From positions 15,686,001 through 15,750,000 of the forward strand of contig OZ024751.1 of assembly GCA_964016885.1 (NCBI GenBank): 64,000 nt of DNA. Reading direction: 5' to 3'. This document shows, piece by piece, positions 27,214-42,192 of this stretch (its first letter is position 1; the number at the start of each line of letters is the position of its first letter). The notes under the pieces are model-generated. The model did no database searches and was not told the DNA's origin. It worked only from the letters and a program-made list of their open reading frames with translations. Source of the stretch: Eledone cirrhosa (Eukaryota). Made by a program: the position numbers and the translations under genes.

Positions 27214-27715
27214 CTGAGAGATATAACGAAGAAAACAGAATTGTGAAAGACGGATCGAAACTAAATCTCAGAAGAGATCAAATATCCCAGGAATAGAACA
27301 ATGTAGAGCAAGAGCATGAGTGGGATATTTACATATATGTATGTGTGCGTGTATGTATTTGTCTGTGTGTGTGTATGTATGTATGTGTGTGTGTGTATGT
27401 ATGTGTGTGTGTAGGTATATGTGTGTGTATGTGTGTGTGTATATATTTATGTTTGTGTGTATGCGTGTATGTGTATCTGTGTATGTATGTGTGTATGTAT
27501 GTGTGTATCCGTGTGTGTGTGTATGTATGTATTTATGTGTGTATGTATGTATGTATGTATGTATGTAAGCATGTAAGCGTGTGTGTGTGTGTGCATGTAT
27601 GTATATATGTGTGTATCTATGTACGTACATAGATACACACATATACACACATAGATACACACATATACATACATGCACACACACGCTTGCTTGCTTACAT
27701 ACATACACACACACA

Positions 27716-27810
<95 letters not shown>

Positions 27811-28105
27811 TATAAGTATGTTTATATGCCTAAGCTTATCGATAGAATGAGCTACGCAGCCAACCAGATTTAAGAATAAACTTTATATAGAGCTAAACTA
27901 TATAAAATTACATGAACAAAGCGGTGTATTGATGAGTTCGGTGGCGATAAAATGTGAGATTATATCTGAAGTGAAATACCTATCTTATATAGTTGCTTCG
28001 TTATATTATACTCAACTGAATTGTAACGCCGTGGCTATAAAATATATAATTTAGTTATGTAAGGAAAATATATAATTATGTAAGATATGGCCAAGGATAT
28101 ATGGG

Positions 28106-28163
<58 letters not shown>

Positions 28164-28329
28164 TGCCCCCTCGTTATCGAGTATAGCCATTGCACGATAT
28201 ACCATTATTAGTAATTATTTCTATCGTGCAATACCTGTGCGTGAAGATATTTTGAGCGACAGTAGCTATAACCCGAAAAGAAGAAAAGATCAACATCATC
28301 TGTAACTACTGAGCCGGCAACCCCACCAT

Positions 28330-28681
28330 GCCCCCTTTTTTGGAACACTTCAAAATACGTGCTTGCTGGGACAAGAGTGCAAGGAGAAAATTAACCTATA
28401 CCTGGATTTAAAGTGGGAGTTAAAAAGGATTTGGGACTGTCACGAGATCAAGGTCGTCCTGGTTGTCATAGGAACACTAGGTACTATCTCAAAGAGCTTT
28501 CAAGGATAGTTAAAGAACATTAGTACAGCCCCCTTTTTTGGAACACTTCAAAAGGCATGGTTGCTGAGAACAGCAAAAACCCTCCGATACGCCCTGAATA
28601 TCTGAGGCTGTAGGTAGCGGCTTGATGTTCATTTGAACAAACCTTTCAGTTAAATAACATCTGTGATTAAGACTCAAAGAA

Positions 28682-28682
<1 letters not shown>
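28330..28682 (+). mobile_element. 3' fragment of the R4/Dong-type family seen at 9753-10117
   Basis: Shared ttttggaacacttcaaaa..gaatatctgaggctg..cttgat tail, followed by (TAA)n. Confidence 0.75.
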
Positions 28683-28725
<43 letters not shown>

Positions 28726-28817
28726 GAAGAAGAAGAAGAAGAAGAGAGAAATAAAAGGAAAGGTAACGTGAAAAGCAATTGTTTCCAAAGAACTTTTACG
28801 GTAACCTACATAAAATA

Positions 28818-28975
28818 TAATTGTTACTACTTTTGGCACAAGGCCAGCAATTACCAAGTACATTACTGGTACTTTATTTTATCGACCCTGTAAGGATGAA
28901 AGGCAAAGTTAACCTCGACGAGAAGTAACTATGCTAGAAAGCATGGCGTCCAACCCTCTACCGATACTGCCAATA
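28818..28975 (-). mobile_element. tRNA-derived SINE
   Basis: ttggcacaaggccagcaat..actggtactttattttatcgacc..aaggatgaaaggcaaagtt. Confidence 0.85.
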
Positions 28976-29099
28976 AAATATAATATTTCAATTTTATAAA
29001 TTCTCGTATATGTAATGTTATTTAAACTTCAATTATTTTAAAATATGGAAGACATATTGAATCTGAAAATTGCATAATTAAATGAGAAGATTAGAAATA

Positions 29100-30300
29100 A
29101 CAGGAAAAGAAGGAAGCGATGACAGAAAGAAGGAAAGAAAATGAAGAGAGAAAGAAAGAAGGCGAGGAAAGATAAAAGGAAGGAAAGGAAGACAGAGAGA
29201 AAGCAAGAAGGAAGGTGAGGAAGAAAAAAGAAGAAAATTAAGACAGAGAGAAAGAACAATGAAAGGAAGAAAAATGTAAAGAAAGAAGAAAAAGAATAGA
29301 AAGAAAGACGGAAGGAAAGAAAGAAAAAAAATGAAGAAAGAAGAAAAGAAAACAGAAGGAAAGAAAGAAAGACGGAAAAAGAAACATTGTAAGAAAGTAA
29401 GAAAAGAAAGAAAGAAAAATGAAAAGAACGAAAGAACGAAAGGAGTAAAGGAAGAAAGATTGAAGTAAAAGAATGGAAGGAAGAAAGAAGGGAAGAGATG
29501 AAGAAAGCAAGAAAGAAAAAGGAATACAAGAAATACACGAAAAAAGAAAGAAGGAAAAAGGAAAACAGAAAGGAAAACAGGGAAAGAAAGAAAAAAAGAA
29601 GGAAATATTGAAGGAAAGAAAGATAGGAAGAAGGAAAGAAATGAAGAAAGAAGAAAAAAGAAGGAAGAAAAGAAAAAAGGAAAGAAAGAAAGGAGCAAAG
29701 AAGGACAGAAGGAAAGATTAAAGCAGTGAAGGAAAGAAATGAAGTGGGGGAATATGAAGAAAGAAGCAAGAAAGAAGGAAAAAAATGAAAGAAGGAAAAA
29801 AGAAAGGAGGAAAGAAAGAAAGGAACAAAGATGGAGAGAATGAAAGATTGAAGAATTGAAGAAAAGAAAGAAAGGGAGAAGGAAATAAATAAAGAGGGGG
29901 TGAATATGAAGAAAGAAGGAAAAAAAGAAAGAAAGAAGGAAAGAATGAAGGACAAATTGAAGGAGTGAAGGAAGGAAAGGAAGAAAGAGAGAAGAAAAGA
30001 AATGAAGAGGGAGGAATATGAAGAAAGAAGCAAGAAAGAAGGAAAAAAGAAAGAAAGATAGAAAGAAGGAAAAAAGAAAGGAAGAAAAAACAAATGAGTG
30101 AAGGACAAAGTGAAGGAGTGAAGGAAGGAAAGAAAGAGAGAGAGAAGGAAAGAAATGAAGAGGGGGGGGGGATATGAAGACAGAAGCAAGAAAGAAGAAA
30201 AAAGAAGGAAAAAAAGAAAGAAGAAAAAAGAAAGGAACAAAGAAGGAAAGAATGGAGGACAAATTGAAAGAGTGAAGGAAAGAAAGAAGAGAGAGAAATA
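29100..30300. repeat. GAAA/GAA purine-rich low-complexity tract with internal longer repeats
   Basis: Directly visible; the long F/S/L ORFs are artefacts. Confidence 0.9.
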
Positions 30301-30409
30301 GTTTGGAGAAGATTGAAGCAGGATATAGGATAGCCTTTTGGCTGGAATTATTGAAAGTTTGATAACATTTCTGCCAAACTTTGGAATAGAAATTTAAAGT
30401 TTCAGACAT

Positions 30410-30653
30410 AATTAATTGTTTCTACTTTTGTCATAAGGCCAGCAATTATCCCAGTGTATTACTGGTACTTTATTTTATCGACTCCTTAATGATGAAAGGC
30501 AAAGTTGACCACGGCGGGATTTGAACTACCCCCCCCCCCCACCCCCCGAGGTCAACTTTGCCTTTCATCTTTAAGGGGTCGATAAAATAAAGTACCAGTA
30601 ATACACTGAGATAATAACTGCTGGCCTTGTGCCCAAATTAGAAACAATTAATT
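30410..30653. mobile_element. Inverted pair of 5'-truncated SINEs around a C-tract
   Basis: 30410-30527 (-) and 30546-30653 (+) are reverse complements of each other. Confidence 0.85.
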
Positions 30654-30716
30654 ATCTCTGGTTGTTTTTACTTTTGGCACAAAATTAATTAGCAAACAAC
30701 AGTTATTCAAGTAGTA

Positions 30717-31899
30717 TTGGTGGTGGTGGTGGTGTGGGTGGCGGTGGTGGTAATTGGTGGTTGTGATGGGTGGTGGTGGTGGTGGTTGGTGTTGGTGGTG
30801 TTGGTGGTGGTTGGTGGTGGTGTTGGTAGTGGTTGGTGGTTGGTGGTTGGTGGTGATGGTTGGTGGTTGGTTGGTGGTTGGTGGTGGTGGTTGGTGGTTG
30901 GTGGTTGGTTGGTGGTGGTTGGTGGTTGGTGGGTGGTGGTTGGTGTTTGGTGGTGGTGGTGGTGGTGTGGGTGGCGGTGGTGGTAATTGGTGGTTGTGAT
31001 GGGTGGTGGTGGGGGTGGTTGGTGTTGGTGGTGTTGGTGGTGGTTGGTGGTGGTGGTTGGTCGTTGGTGGTTGGTGGGTGGTGGTTGGTGTTTGTTGGTG
31101 GTGGTGGTGGTGATGGGGATGGTGGTGTTGGTGGTGGTTGGTGGTGGTTGGTGGTGGTGATGGGGATGGTGGTGTTGGTGTTGGTTGGTGGTGGTTGGTG
31201 GTGGTTGGTGTTGGTGGTGGTTGGTGGTGGTGGTTGGTGGTGGTGGTGATGGGGATGGTTGGTGTTGGTGGTGGTTGGTGGTGGTGGTTGGTGGTGGTGG
31301 TGATGGGGATGGTGGTGTTGGTGGTGGTTGGTGGTGGTTGGTGGTGGTGATGGGGATGGTGGTGTTGGTGTTGGTTGGTGGTGGTTGGTGGTGGTTGGTG
31401 TTGGTGGTGGTTGGTGGTGGTGGTTGGTGGTGGTGGTGATGGGGATGGTGGTGTTGGTGGTGGTTGGTGGTGGTGGTTGGTGGTGGTGGTGATGGGGATG
31501 GTGGTGTTGGTGGTGGTTGGTGGTGGTGGTTGGTGGTGGTGGTGATGGTGATGGGGATGGTGGTGTTGATGGTGGTGGTGGAGAGGAGACTTAATTGTAG
31601 GTAGACAACATAGTCAATTATAATGGTCTTATTGAATTTAATTAAGAATATCAGAACTGTTCTATTGTAGTAGTAGTAGTAGTAGTAGTATTACTGGTAG
31701 TAGTTGTTGTTGTGGTGGTGTTGTTGTGCTGGTGTTGTTGTGGCGGTGTTGTAGTGGTGTTGTGCTGTTATTTTTGTTGTGTTGTTGTTGTGTTGTTGTG
31801 GTGTTGTGTTGTTGTTGTGGTGTTTTTGTTGTTGTGGTGGTGTTGTTGTTGTTATATGTTGTTATATGTGGTTGTTGTTATAACGTTTTGTGTTGCAGA

Positions 31900-31930
<31 letters not shown>

Positions 31931-32626
31931 CTTGTTATAGCCGTTGTATTATTGGTGTTGTTGATGCTGCTGTTGTTACTATAACTACTTGTGATTTTGG
32001 TGTTGTTGTTATGTTGTTGTTGTTATGTTGTTGTTGTTATGTTGTTGTTGTTGTGGTTGTTGTTGTTTTAGTTATAACTGTTGTGTTGTTGGTGTTGTTA
32101 TAACTAGTATATTGTTGTTGGTTTTGTTGTTGTTATATCTGTTGATGTTTTGCTTTTAGATATTTAAAGAATTACAGTAAGGAAAGAAAACACAGACATA
32201 AACAACAACAACAACAACACCGGAAACAATAACAATGATAATAACAATAACATCATCATCAACCCCTCCATAACTACAACCACCGCCACCACCACCACCA
32301 TCACCATTATCATCAAAATAAACAACAACAGCAACAATCACAGGAAAACAATAAATATATCACCCCCCCCCACTACTAACCCCCCCCCCCCCCCCACTAC
32401 CCCCCCCCCCCCCCCCCCCCCCCCTCACACCACCAACAACAACGACCACAACAGTAACAACAACATCATCACCCTCATCACCATTATCATCAAAATAAAT
32501 AACAACAACCACAACCACAACCACAGGAACAACAATAATTATACCACCACCTTCACCACCACCACCACCACCACCACCACCACCACCACCACCACCACCA
32601 CCACCACCACCACCACCACCACCACC

Positions 32627-32658
<32 letters not shown>

Positions 32659-33030
32659 CAGCAACAACAATCACAGGAAGAACAATAATTATAACCCCCT
32701 CCCCACCACCACCAACAACATCAATCACAGGGACAACAACAATTATACACCCCCTACCATCACCCCACCAACAACAGCAACAACAATCACAGGAAGAACA
32801 GTAATTATACCACCACCCCACCACCACCACCACCACCAACAACGACAACAACATCAATCACAGGGACAACAACAATTATACACTCCCTACCATCACACCC
32901 ACCACCACCACCAACAACAACAATCACAGGAACAACAATAATTGTACCACCACCACCACCACCACCACAACCACCACCACCACCAACATCACAACCAACA
33001 ACAACGACCACAACAGTAACAACAACAACA
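30717..33030. repeat. (GGT)n, (GTT)n and (CAA/CCA)n low-complexity blocks
   Basis: Directly visible. Confidence 0.9.
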
Positions 33031-33410
33031 TAGGCACTTTGCTTCATCTTCAGTTCTGTTCTGTTCCTGTAATTAGAAGCTGAGTTTTCAAATATATATA
33101 ATTATTTTACTAACCTAACACCCAGGAATCAGCAGATTTTCGTGGATATCCCGTGTTTTGCTGCCAACAAAGACCGTCAAATAACACTTGGACAGTCGGC
33201 TCCATTATTTAAATTAATCATTTTACGACATAAAATTCCTTTGCATTATTGCATTGCAATAAACATGTCCGTTAAACATTTATATTTCACAATTATACTT
33301 ATTTTCTTAAACTTTTCTCCATCCAGATTTATACATTTATTAATTTATAATGGTTTATAATGATTTATAATGCAAAAAAAGCGATATATATATATATATA
33401 TATATATATA

Positions 33411-33864
<454 letters not shown>

Positions 33865-34399
33865 GGAAGCTGGAAATTGCTTATTGTGATCCAGTTCGTG
33901 GTTAAGAAAGCCAGTTTCGTGGACGGTTTCAACGTACGGTTAGGGGTAATTCCACAAGTTTGTAAGAATTCCGTTCAATCTTGGAGTATAAAGTATAAAA
34001 GAGAAAACACAGGTAAGCATTAAGAGAAGGATTTTATCCAGGTATTTACGACCGTTTCATTGGTAAGTGCAACCTTATATTGCTATACTGCAAATAGCAG
34101 CCACTCAATGATAATTGTTGTTCACGTCCAAATTTTCAAAATAGTGAGTAAGTTACTCTTAAAATAGTTCTTAATATATAGAGAAAAACATTTTTTTGGG
34201 GGAATTGTATTTACTAGTATAGAGAGAGAGGAAGAGGAATTAGAAAGTGTGTGTGTGGGGGGGGGGGGACAAACGCAATAGTATAGAGAGAGAGGAAGGG
34301 GGGAGAAGAGTTAGGAAGTAGAGTGACAAACTGAGATGGAGGTAGGGGTAGAGGTGGAAGGATTCCTTGATCAGTTTTCCTTGATCAGTTTTCAGTTCT

Positions 34400-34935
34400 G
34401 CATGTATATATGAGTGCATGTATGTATATATATGCATACTACTGTACGTCTGTATACATATATGTATGTACGTATACATACATACATACTTACATTTAAG
34501 TAAGTGCCGTACTAAGAATGAGAAATGAAATTTCGTTTTATTCTATTCCATTTATCGTTTTCGGTGTGCCCGGCCGACTGAACTCACTCGATATGCAAAT
34601 TAGGCTGCTCGGCCGTTAATATGCATAAGGAAAGTATATACTTTCAGACGTTCAACCATCTGGCAGGAAGGTATACGATGCTGACGATGGCTAATAAGCT
34701 TGAAACTAGTACATAGTTCCTGTGTCAGTGTTGAACAAAAAGGTGACGTGGTTGCCTAAACACTGTACGGCGTAATTCGGGCTGTTTGTTTGTTTCCAAA
34801 CAAACAAACCGAGCATTATAATAAATGTTCGGTAAACCGATACGTGCATGTATATATGTGTGCATGTGTGTATATATATGCATACTACTGTACGTCTGTA
34901 TACATATATGTATGTATGTATACATACATACATAT
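34400..34935. mobile_element. Partially duplicated repeat carrying an HHR; inverted relative at 40690-40931
   Basis: catactactgtacgtctgtatac block occurs at 34432 and 34881; reverse-complement match to 40700-40930. Confidence 0.6.
34678..34714 (+). ncRNA. Minimal type-I hammerhead ribozyme
   Basis: atg-CTGACGA-tggctaataagctt-GAAA-ctag-TA-cat; palindromic stem III, short stem I. Confidence 0.6.
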
Positions 34936-35830
34936 ATATATATATGTATATATATTTGTAAGTGTATAAAGATAGATACACACATATTATATATATAAAG
35001 ATAGATACACATGTAGATATGTATATATAATGCTTGATATATTAAGACACTTATCCTTATTTTATTAAGCGTTAAACTAATATATATCTTCATTGTACTG
35101 TATAATTTTCCTGTGTTGCTTATTCGTTTACCTTTTGCGCGCGAACACACATACACGCATACATATATACATATAAATATAGAGAGAGAGGGTGAGAGAG
35201 TGTGAGACATTGAGAGATGGAGCGAGTGAGAAAAGAGAGATAAAGAATAGAAAGACAGTAGAAGAGATAGGAGAAAGGAAGGGAGATCGGAGCTCTGCTT
35301 TCGTGGAAGAGTTCAACTATTCCCATAGAAAATATCTCCCAGAAATCAAATCATTCCAACCATTTGTTTAAATGTTTCGCCAATTTGTTTTTATTGGTCA
35401 AAGCTTTGAAATGGCGTTGCTACTACTGGACATTGTCCAAAATTACTAACCAGTTACAGGTTTCGTTATATTTCATTCCACTTCAATACCATGCTAGATA
35501 ACTGGACAAGGCAAAATGGTTTAATTCATTTGAAAACTAAAACAACTGTACTATCTAATTTGCCGATGCCGTATGTTGTAATTGAAGAGGGAAATAATGG
35601 TTTCTGATTTAAGCATGAGGCTAACAATTTTGAGGGAGGGGGAAGTTGATTAAATCGACCCTAATGCATTATTGGTATTTATTTTATCGACTCCGTAAAT
35701 ATGAAATGTAGCCAATTCAAGTGTCTTTGAGGTTGTTGTAAATTGTCAAAATGATTAATTGTGATCGCAGTACATTGTAGAAGTAAATTGCTGTAGAAGA
35801 AAGAGGCTGTGGAAGAGACGATGTGGAAAT

Positions 35831-36440
35831 GTTAAGTTGTGGAAGTGTTAAGTTGTGGAAGTGTTAAGTTTTGGAAGTGTTAAGTTTTGGAAGTGTTAAG
35901 TTTTGGAAGTGTTAAGTTGTGGAAGTGTTAATTTGTGGAAGTGTTAAGTTGTGGATGTGTTTTGTGGAAGTGTTAAGTTGTGGATGTGTTTTGTGGAAGT
36001 GTTAAGTTCTGGATGTGTTAAGTTGTGGATGTGTTAAGTTGTGGATGTGTTAAGTTGTGGAAGTGTTAAGTTGTGGATGTGTTTTGTGGAAGTGTTAAGT
36101 TCTGGATGTGTTAAGTTGTGGATGTGTTAAGTTGTGGGTGTATTAAGTTGTGGAAGTGTTTAGTTGTGGATGTGTTAAGTTGTGGAAGTGTTAAGTTGTG
36201 GAAGTGTTAAGTTGTGGATGTGTTTTGTGGAAGTGTTAAATTGTGGATGTGTTAAGTTGTGGATGTGTTAAGTTGTGGATGTGTTTTGTGGAAGTGTTAA
36301 GTTATGGATGTGTTTTGTGGAAGTGTTAAGCTGCAGAAGTGTTAAACTGTGGAAGTGTTAAATCGTGGAAGTAATAAGATGTGGATGTAGTAAGATGTGT
36401 AAGGTTGTGGAAAAGATAAGTTGTGGAAAAGGTAAGTTGT
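35831..36440. repeat. 16-bp minisatellite (gttaagttgtggaagt)n
   Basis: Period 16 at 35831/35847/35863, with shorter variant units. Confidence 0.95.
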
Positions 36441-36591
36441 CGAAGTATTAGCTTTGAGGATCTTATAAGTTGTGTTAGGATTGAGTTGTGGAATGTTTGT
36501 CCAGGTCTAATATTATATATTACTATTTTCTGAATGTGTTCTAATGTTCCCCTGTCTCAATAAATCATTACTTTACATAACCTGTTGCCAG

Positions 36592-38200
36592 ACCCGAAGC
36601 AAACAAATAACACCCCAGAGGAATGATTATGAATAAAATACACAACTACCACGCATTGAATTAGTCATAAAGTTGTCGAGGCTAAACATTCGTATCTACT
36701 ACATATGCCATGAGTTGCAACCGGTAGTAGTTAGTATCAGTAATGGAAAGACCAATGGAACATTGTTTCCTTGGTCCAATTTAACGATTTCTACAATTTC
36801 AACCCCACTTGGTAAGCGAATGAGGCCTAGGAATTTGTCGATCGTTTCCATACATCCATACATATTTACCAGAGGTGTGTCTGTGTATGACAGAGTATGG
36901 AGGTTAATGTTCTGTAAGTGAATGAGGCCTAGGAACTTGTCAATCATTCCCATAGATCCATATAAATATCTACGAGAGGCAAGTTTGTGTATGACAAAGT
37001 ATGGAGGTTAAAGTTCAGTCATCATTATCAATTATGTACCATAGATCCATACATATCTATTTGAGACGTGACTGTGTATGACAGAGTATGGAGGTTAATA
37101 CCCTTTGCAGTAGTTTTCCTATGTCTGGCAACTAAACTGAACATATATTCCCGGGGAAAATCATATAAATAAAAAAACTATCATATTTCTAGTGATTTAT
37201 CTTAGTGTAATTCTACTGAAATCCAAAGCTAACAACTTCCTGATTCTCAAAGACATCCGTTTTATCTTGTGAAACGCCAGAAAAATTGTCAATATCTAAA
37301 TAAATTCCTATTTACTAAAAAAGAAGATAAAAAAAACAGTAAAAAAACCAACAAGAAACAAAACAAAACAAGCAAAACAAACGAAAATCGATTTATATAG
37401 TACGAATAATCTTCTCTCCTTTTACGAAGTTATTTTTTCCTTTGCTTCATATCACATAATCTCACCAACGTGTACACATACTCTGTGTTTTGATATAATA
37501 GTTTTCTCATTTTTCTCCCTCCCTCCATCACAAAATGCTCTCCGCTATTGTAAACTAACAAACTATCCATGAGTCAACGGCGATTCTAGCTAAATCTCCT
37601 TCAAATTCTATCCTAACATCTTAAAAATGTAGGAATATATTGCGATGGTGATGGTGACATGGTAAAAAGCACCCAGTCCAAAGTGTAAAGTGGTCATGTA
37701 GGTGTCATGACAAAAACACCCAGTCCAAAGTGTAAAGTGGTCATGTAGGTGTCATGACAAAAACACCCAGTCCAAAGTGTAAAGTGGTCATGTAGGTGTC
37801 ATGACAAAAACACCCAGTCCACACAGTAAAGTGGTCATGTAGGTGTCATGACAAAAACACCCAGTCCAAAGTGTAAAGTGGTCATGTAGGTGTCATGACA
37901 AAAACACCCAGTCCAAAGTGTAAAGTGGTCATGTAGGTGTCATGACAAAAACACCCAGTCCACACAGTAAAGTAATCATGTAGGTGTCATGACAAAAACA
38001 CCCAGTCTACACTGTAAAGTGATCATGTACACTATGCACACTGGAGGAATATAGGAATTTACAATAAAATATATATTTTTCATCTTGCTCAAGATTTTGG
38101 GCTTCTTATTTGATTAGATACTGGATAATCTAAAAGGTTGAAATTCTTAGAACCACCCAAAAATATAACACTGCGCTCATCTACAACTACACGACATGGT
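36592..38200 (+). pseudogene. Candidate decayed FN3-like exons (..36811 donor; 38151.. acceptor)
   Basis: Phase-compatible join G|gtaagc..tcttag|AA gives ISTPL-E-PPKNITLRSSTTT; the upstream exon has stops; the downstream one is cut by a satellite. Confidence 0.3.
37670..38030. repeat. 47-bp minisatellite, ~8 copies
   Basis: cacccagtccaaagtgtaaagtggtcatgtaggtgtcatgacaaaaa at 37670, 37717, 37764 ... Confidence 0.95.
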
Positions 38201-38204
38201 GCAG

Positions 38205-39112
38205 ATAATATACAGATGTAGATCATATACAGATGTAGATCATATACAGATGTAGATAGTGTACAGATGTAGATCATATACAGATGTAGATTATATACAG
38301 ATGTAGATTATATACAGATGTAGATCAGATACAGATGTAGATTATATACCGATGTAGACCATAAACAGATGTAGATGGTGTACAGATGTAGATCATATAT
38401 AGATGTAGATTATATACAGATGTAGATGGTGTACAGATCTAGATCATATTAGATGTATATCATATACAGATGTAGATTATATACAGATGTAGATTGTATA
38501 CAGATGTAGATCATATACACATGTAGTTCAAATACAGATATAGATCATATACAGATGTAGATCATAAACAGATGTAGATTATATACAGATGTAGATTATA
38601 TACAGATGAAGATTATATACAGATGTAGATGGTGTACAGATGTAGATTATATACAGATGTAGATTATATACAGATGTAGATCATATATAGTGTAGATCAT
38701 ATATAGATGTAGATTTTATACAGATGTAGATTGTATACATATGTAGATTATATACAGATATAGATTATATACAGATATAGATTATATACAGATGTAGATT
38801 ATATACAGATGTAGATTATATATAGATGTAGATCATATATAGATACTATAGATACAGATGATATATAGATGTAGATTATATACAGATGTAGATCATATAT
38901 AGATGTAGATCATATACAGATGTAGATTATATACAGATATAGATTATATACAGATGTAGATCATCAATAGATGGAGATTATATATAGATGTAGATCACAT
39001 ATAGTGTAGATAATATATGGATGTAGATCATATATAGATGTAGATTATATACAGATGTAAATTATATACAAATGTAGATTATATACAGATGTAGATTATA
39101 TACAGATATAGA
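38205..39112. repeat. 17-bp minisatellite (agatgtagatYatatac)n
   Basis: Period 17 at 38214/38231/38248. Confidence 0.95.
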
Positions 39113-40963
39113 CCAAGACCACGTTCTGCATAAAACATTATCAAATTAATTGCTCAAACTTAAACAGTACAATCTCCATATAACCCCTCCCCCCACACAC
39201 ACATACACACACTCACACACACACGCAGACGCACACACACTCACACACACACAGACGCACACACACTCACACACACACAGACGCACACACACATACACAC
39301 ATACACACACAAACGCACGCACACACACACACATCCACACACAGAGACGCACGCACACAAACACGCGCACACACACACACACACACAGACGCACGCACCC
39401 CCCGCCCCCACCCACACACAGAGAAGCACGCACACACACACGCACACACACATAGACGCACACCCACACACCCACCACACACCCACACAAACGCACGCAC
39501 ACTCACACCCACACCCACACCCTCACACAGAGACGCACGCACACACACGTACACACACAGACGCACACACACACACACATACACACACACACACGCACAC
39601 ACACACACACACACACACGCACGCACACACACACACACACACACTCACATAACACACACATTGTCACAACATTTTAAATGAAATTTACGCTTGATTGAAT
39701 CGATATCAGTACATTTGTGGTATCGAATTTGGATATTCCACACTCATAAAACTCAAATTTGATCCCCTCCGGCCAGATTTGAACCAGCAATCTAAACATA
39801 ACTAAGTACCCCCTATATTCCGTCCTGTTACTTTACAATTTACTTTTGTCATTTCATTATGTATTTTTTCGTTGTATTTCTGAACTAAATACAAGAACTC
39901 CTAATAGTAGCCGAAAGTGATGCTCGAAGTCTTTCTTGTTGGTTGTTAAGGTAAACGCGATAGAATAGATATAAACTAATTCTCGCTTTCCATACAATGC
40001 TCGTCTCCAAAGAAGTTACCATATTAATATTTTTTTAAATTTCGTTTTATTTTATTTTATTCCATACTGACAAAATATCGTGTGATTTTTAAAGTGAAAA
40101 TGGTATGTGCAGATGAAAATACATCCTTAAAGGCATAACATGTTACGATTAAAACGAAAAAGCTAAAGTGGAAAAAGCTAGTGTGTGACTGCCGAAGAGA
40201 TAGGAATATATTCTGTTGTATCTCTACTGAAATTACTAGCTTTTAACAAATCCATTTAAATAAAATAAGAAAAATCTAGTAAACTGAGTAAAAAGAAAGA
40301 AAAGAAAAAAACCATCAACGAATCTTGATAAATCAAATCAACAAGTTTGAAACTTCAGCTGAAACCTAAGTATAAAGTATTTGACTTGAAAACTTTTAGC
40401 CACACTGTTTAGTCAAACATTAACATCATTCTTAGAATAAAACATAAATAGGAACTCAGATACTGTTACATTTTACATCTACCTTCGTGTATGGTTAAGA
40501 TACGGAAACAGATAAATAGGTAGATAGCTAGATATATAGATCGATAGGTAGATAGATAGGTAGATAGATGGTTAAGAGGTAGATAGTTTGGAAGGTAGAT
40601 AGATGCGTAGATAAATAGATAGATATAATGACTGATAAAGTAAATGTTCGGTAATTTGAATTTAACATGTGAATAATTTAATGTATATATATATAGAAAA
40701 AATGGAAAAAATGAAATTTCATTTCTCACTCTTAGTACGGCTGATACTTAAATATAAGTATGTACACGTACATACATATATGTATACAGACGTACAGTAG
40801 TGTGTATATACATACATACATGCACACATATATATATATGTACGTATGGGTTTACCGAACATTTATTATAATGCTCGGTTTGTTTGTAAACAAACAGCCC
40901 GAATTATTAGCCGTACAGTGTTCGGCAACCATCGTATATATATATATGCATGCATATATATAT

Positions 40964-41530
40964 GGTGGCTGCCAACTCGTTTTCGAGTACGGCCACTACT
41001 TTATATCCATGTAGGAGAACCCCTACTGATGCGCTGAACGAGTGTGACTTTTTAGTCCAGCCAGCCACTTGAAAACTCTGGTACAAACACTACACTTGTG
41101 ACAATTATTGACACATAGTGCTGGGCCCATGGTACCATGTGACGACAAGTGCAGAGAGATCTCCAGATACAAAGCAATGCCTGTGCCGTGAAGCTTTTAT
41201 AGTGAGCAAAGGCTCTGCACAAAGCCAGTCCCACTCTCTTAACCAAGATGATATTTACCAAAAGGAAGAACAAGTCAACATCATTGGATACCATCAGAGT
41301 TGCAGATGTTATATCAGAGTTTTCCTTCTCCTAGAATTCTGCCTTGACAAAGACTAAGGGGTCATCTCTCCCGGTGATTTTGGATGGCCATTGATTCTTA
41401 AGAGCTCCTTTGCCCTTTGACAGGTTTTGTTTTTAGTCCTGCAGGATGTCCAAAGTCACCCTCCTCACCAAGAAACCTTGGTGGGGTTGCCAGTTTAGTC
41501 GCCAACGACCCGACCATGAGACAGGTTGTC
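40964..41530. mobile_element. ~570-bp interspersed repeat (copy 2, inverted relative to 17784-18355)
   Basis: Near-identical reverse complement. Confidence 0.8.
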
Positions 41531-42015
41531 ATATATACATACATATATACATATATACATACCTACATACACACACACACACACCTATATGTGTATATTA
41601 AAAACACCTTACTTTCGAATAAACCTGTATATAAACATTACTATTAAATAAATGATTTTTTTACGAGAGACGAGGCAAAAAAAAAACCAGGAAAATAATC
41701 TCTTCCGGTCGTTGTAATAATATATAAAGAAAATATTAGAGAAGGGAGAAAGAGAGATGGAGAGAAAGAGACTAGAAGATTGATAGATAGATAAATATAA
41801 ATATATATATATATATATGGAGAGGTAGAGAGAGGGGGTGCGGAGAGAAGGTGAGAGAGTTATGGATACACAAAGAATTTCAGATTAGTATTACTGAAAC
41901 CAAAGATGTATTAAAGAAGAACTGATTGTCTAAAAGTATTTGGAAAACTAAAACATATGAACTGCCTACTTATATATATTAGTCTGTAATATAATTTACA
42001 TTTGCAGAGTAAATA

Positions 42016-42192
42016 TAATTGTTTCTACTTTTGGCACAAGACCAGAAATTATCCAGTGTATTACTGGTACTTTATTTTATCGACCCCGTAAGGATGAAAG
42101 GCAAAGTTAACCTCGGCGGGATTTGAACTCAGACCGTAAAGGGACGTAACTCTATGCTGGTGTCCGACTCTCTACCGATACTACCAATCCAC
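42016..42192 (-). mobile_element. tRNA-derived SINE with target-site duplication
   Basis: Full body; tgcagagtaaatata is repeated at 42003-42017 and 42193-42207. Confidence 0.88.

Noticed and set aside
30717-33030. Large hairpin between the GGT/GTT blocks and the CAA/CCA blocks
   Set aside because: Complementarity is only compositional; no unique-sequence symmetry.
37670-38030. Regular 47-bp repeats resembling a CRISPR array
   Set aside because: No unique spacers, no cas genes, eukaryotic context; it is a minisatellite.
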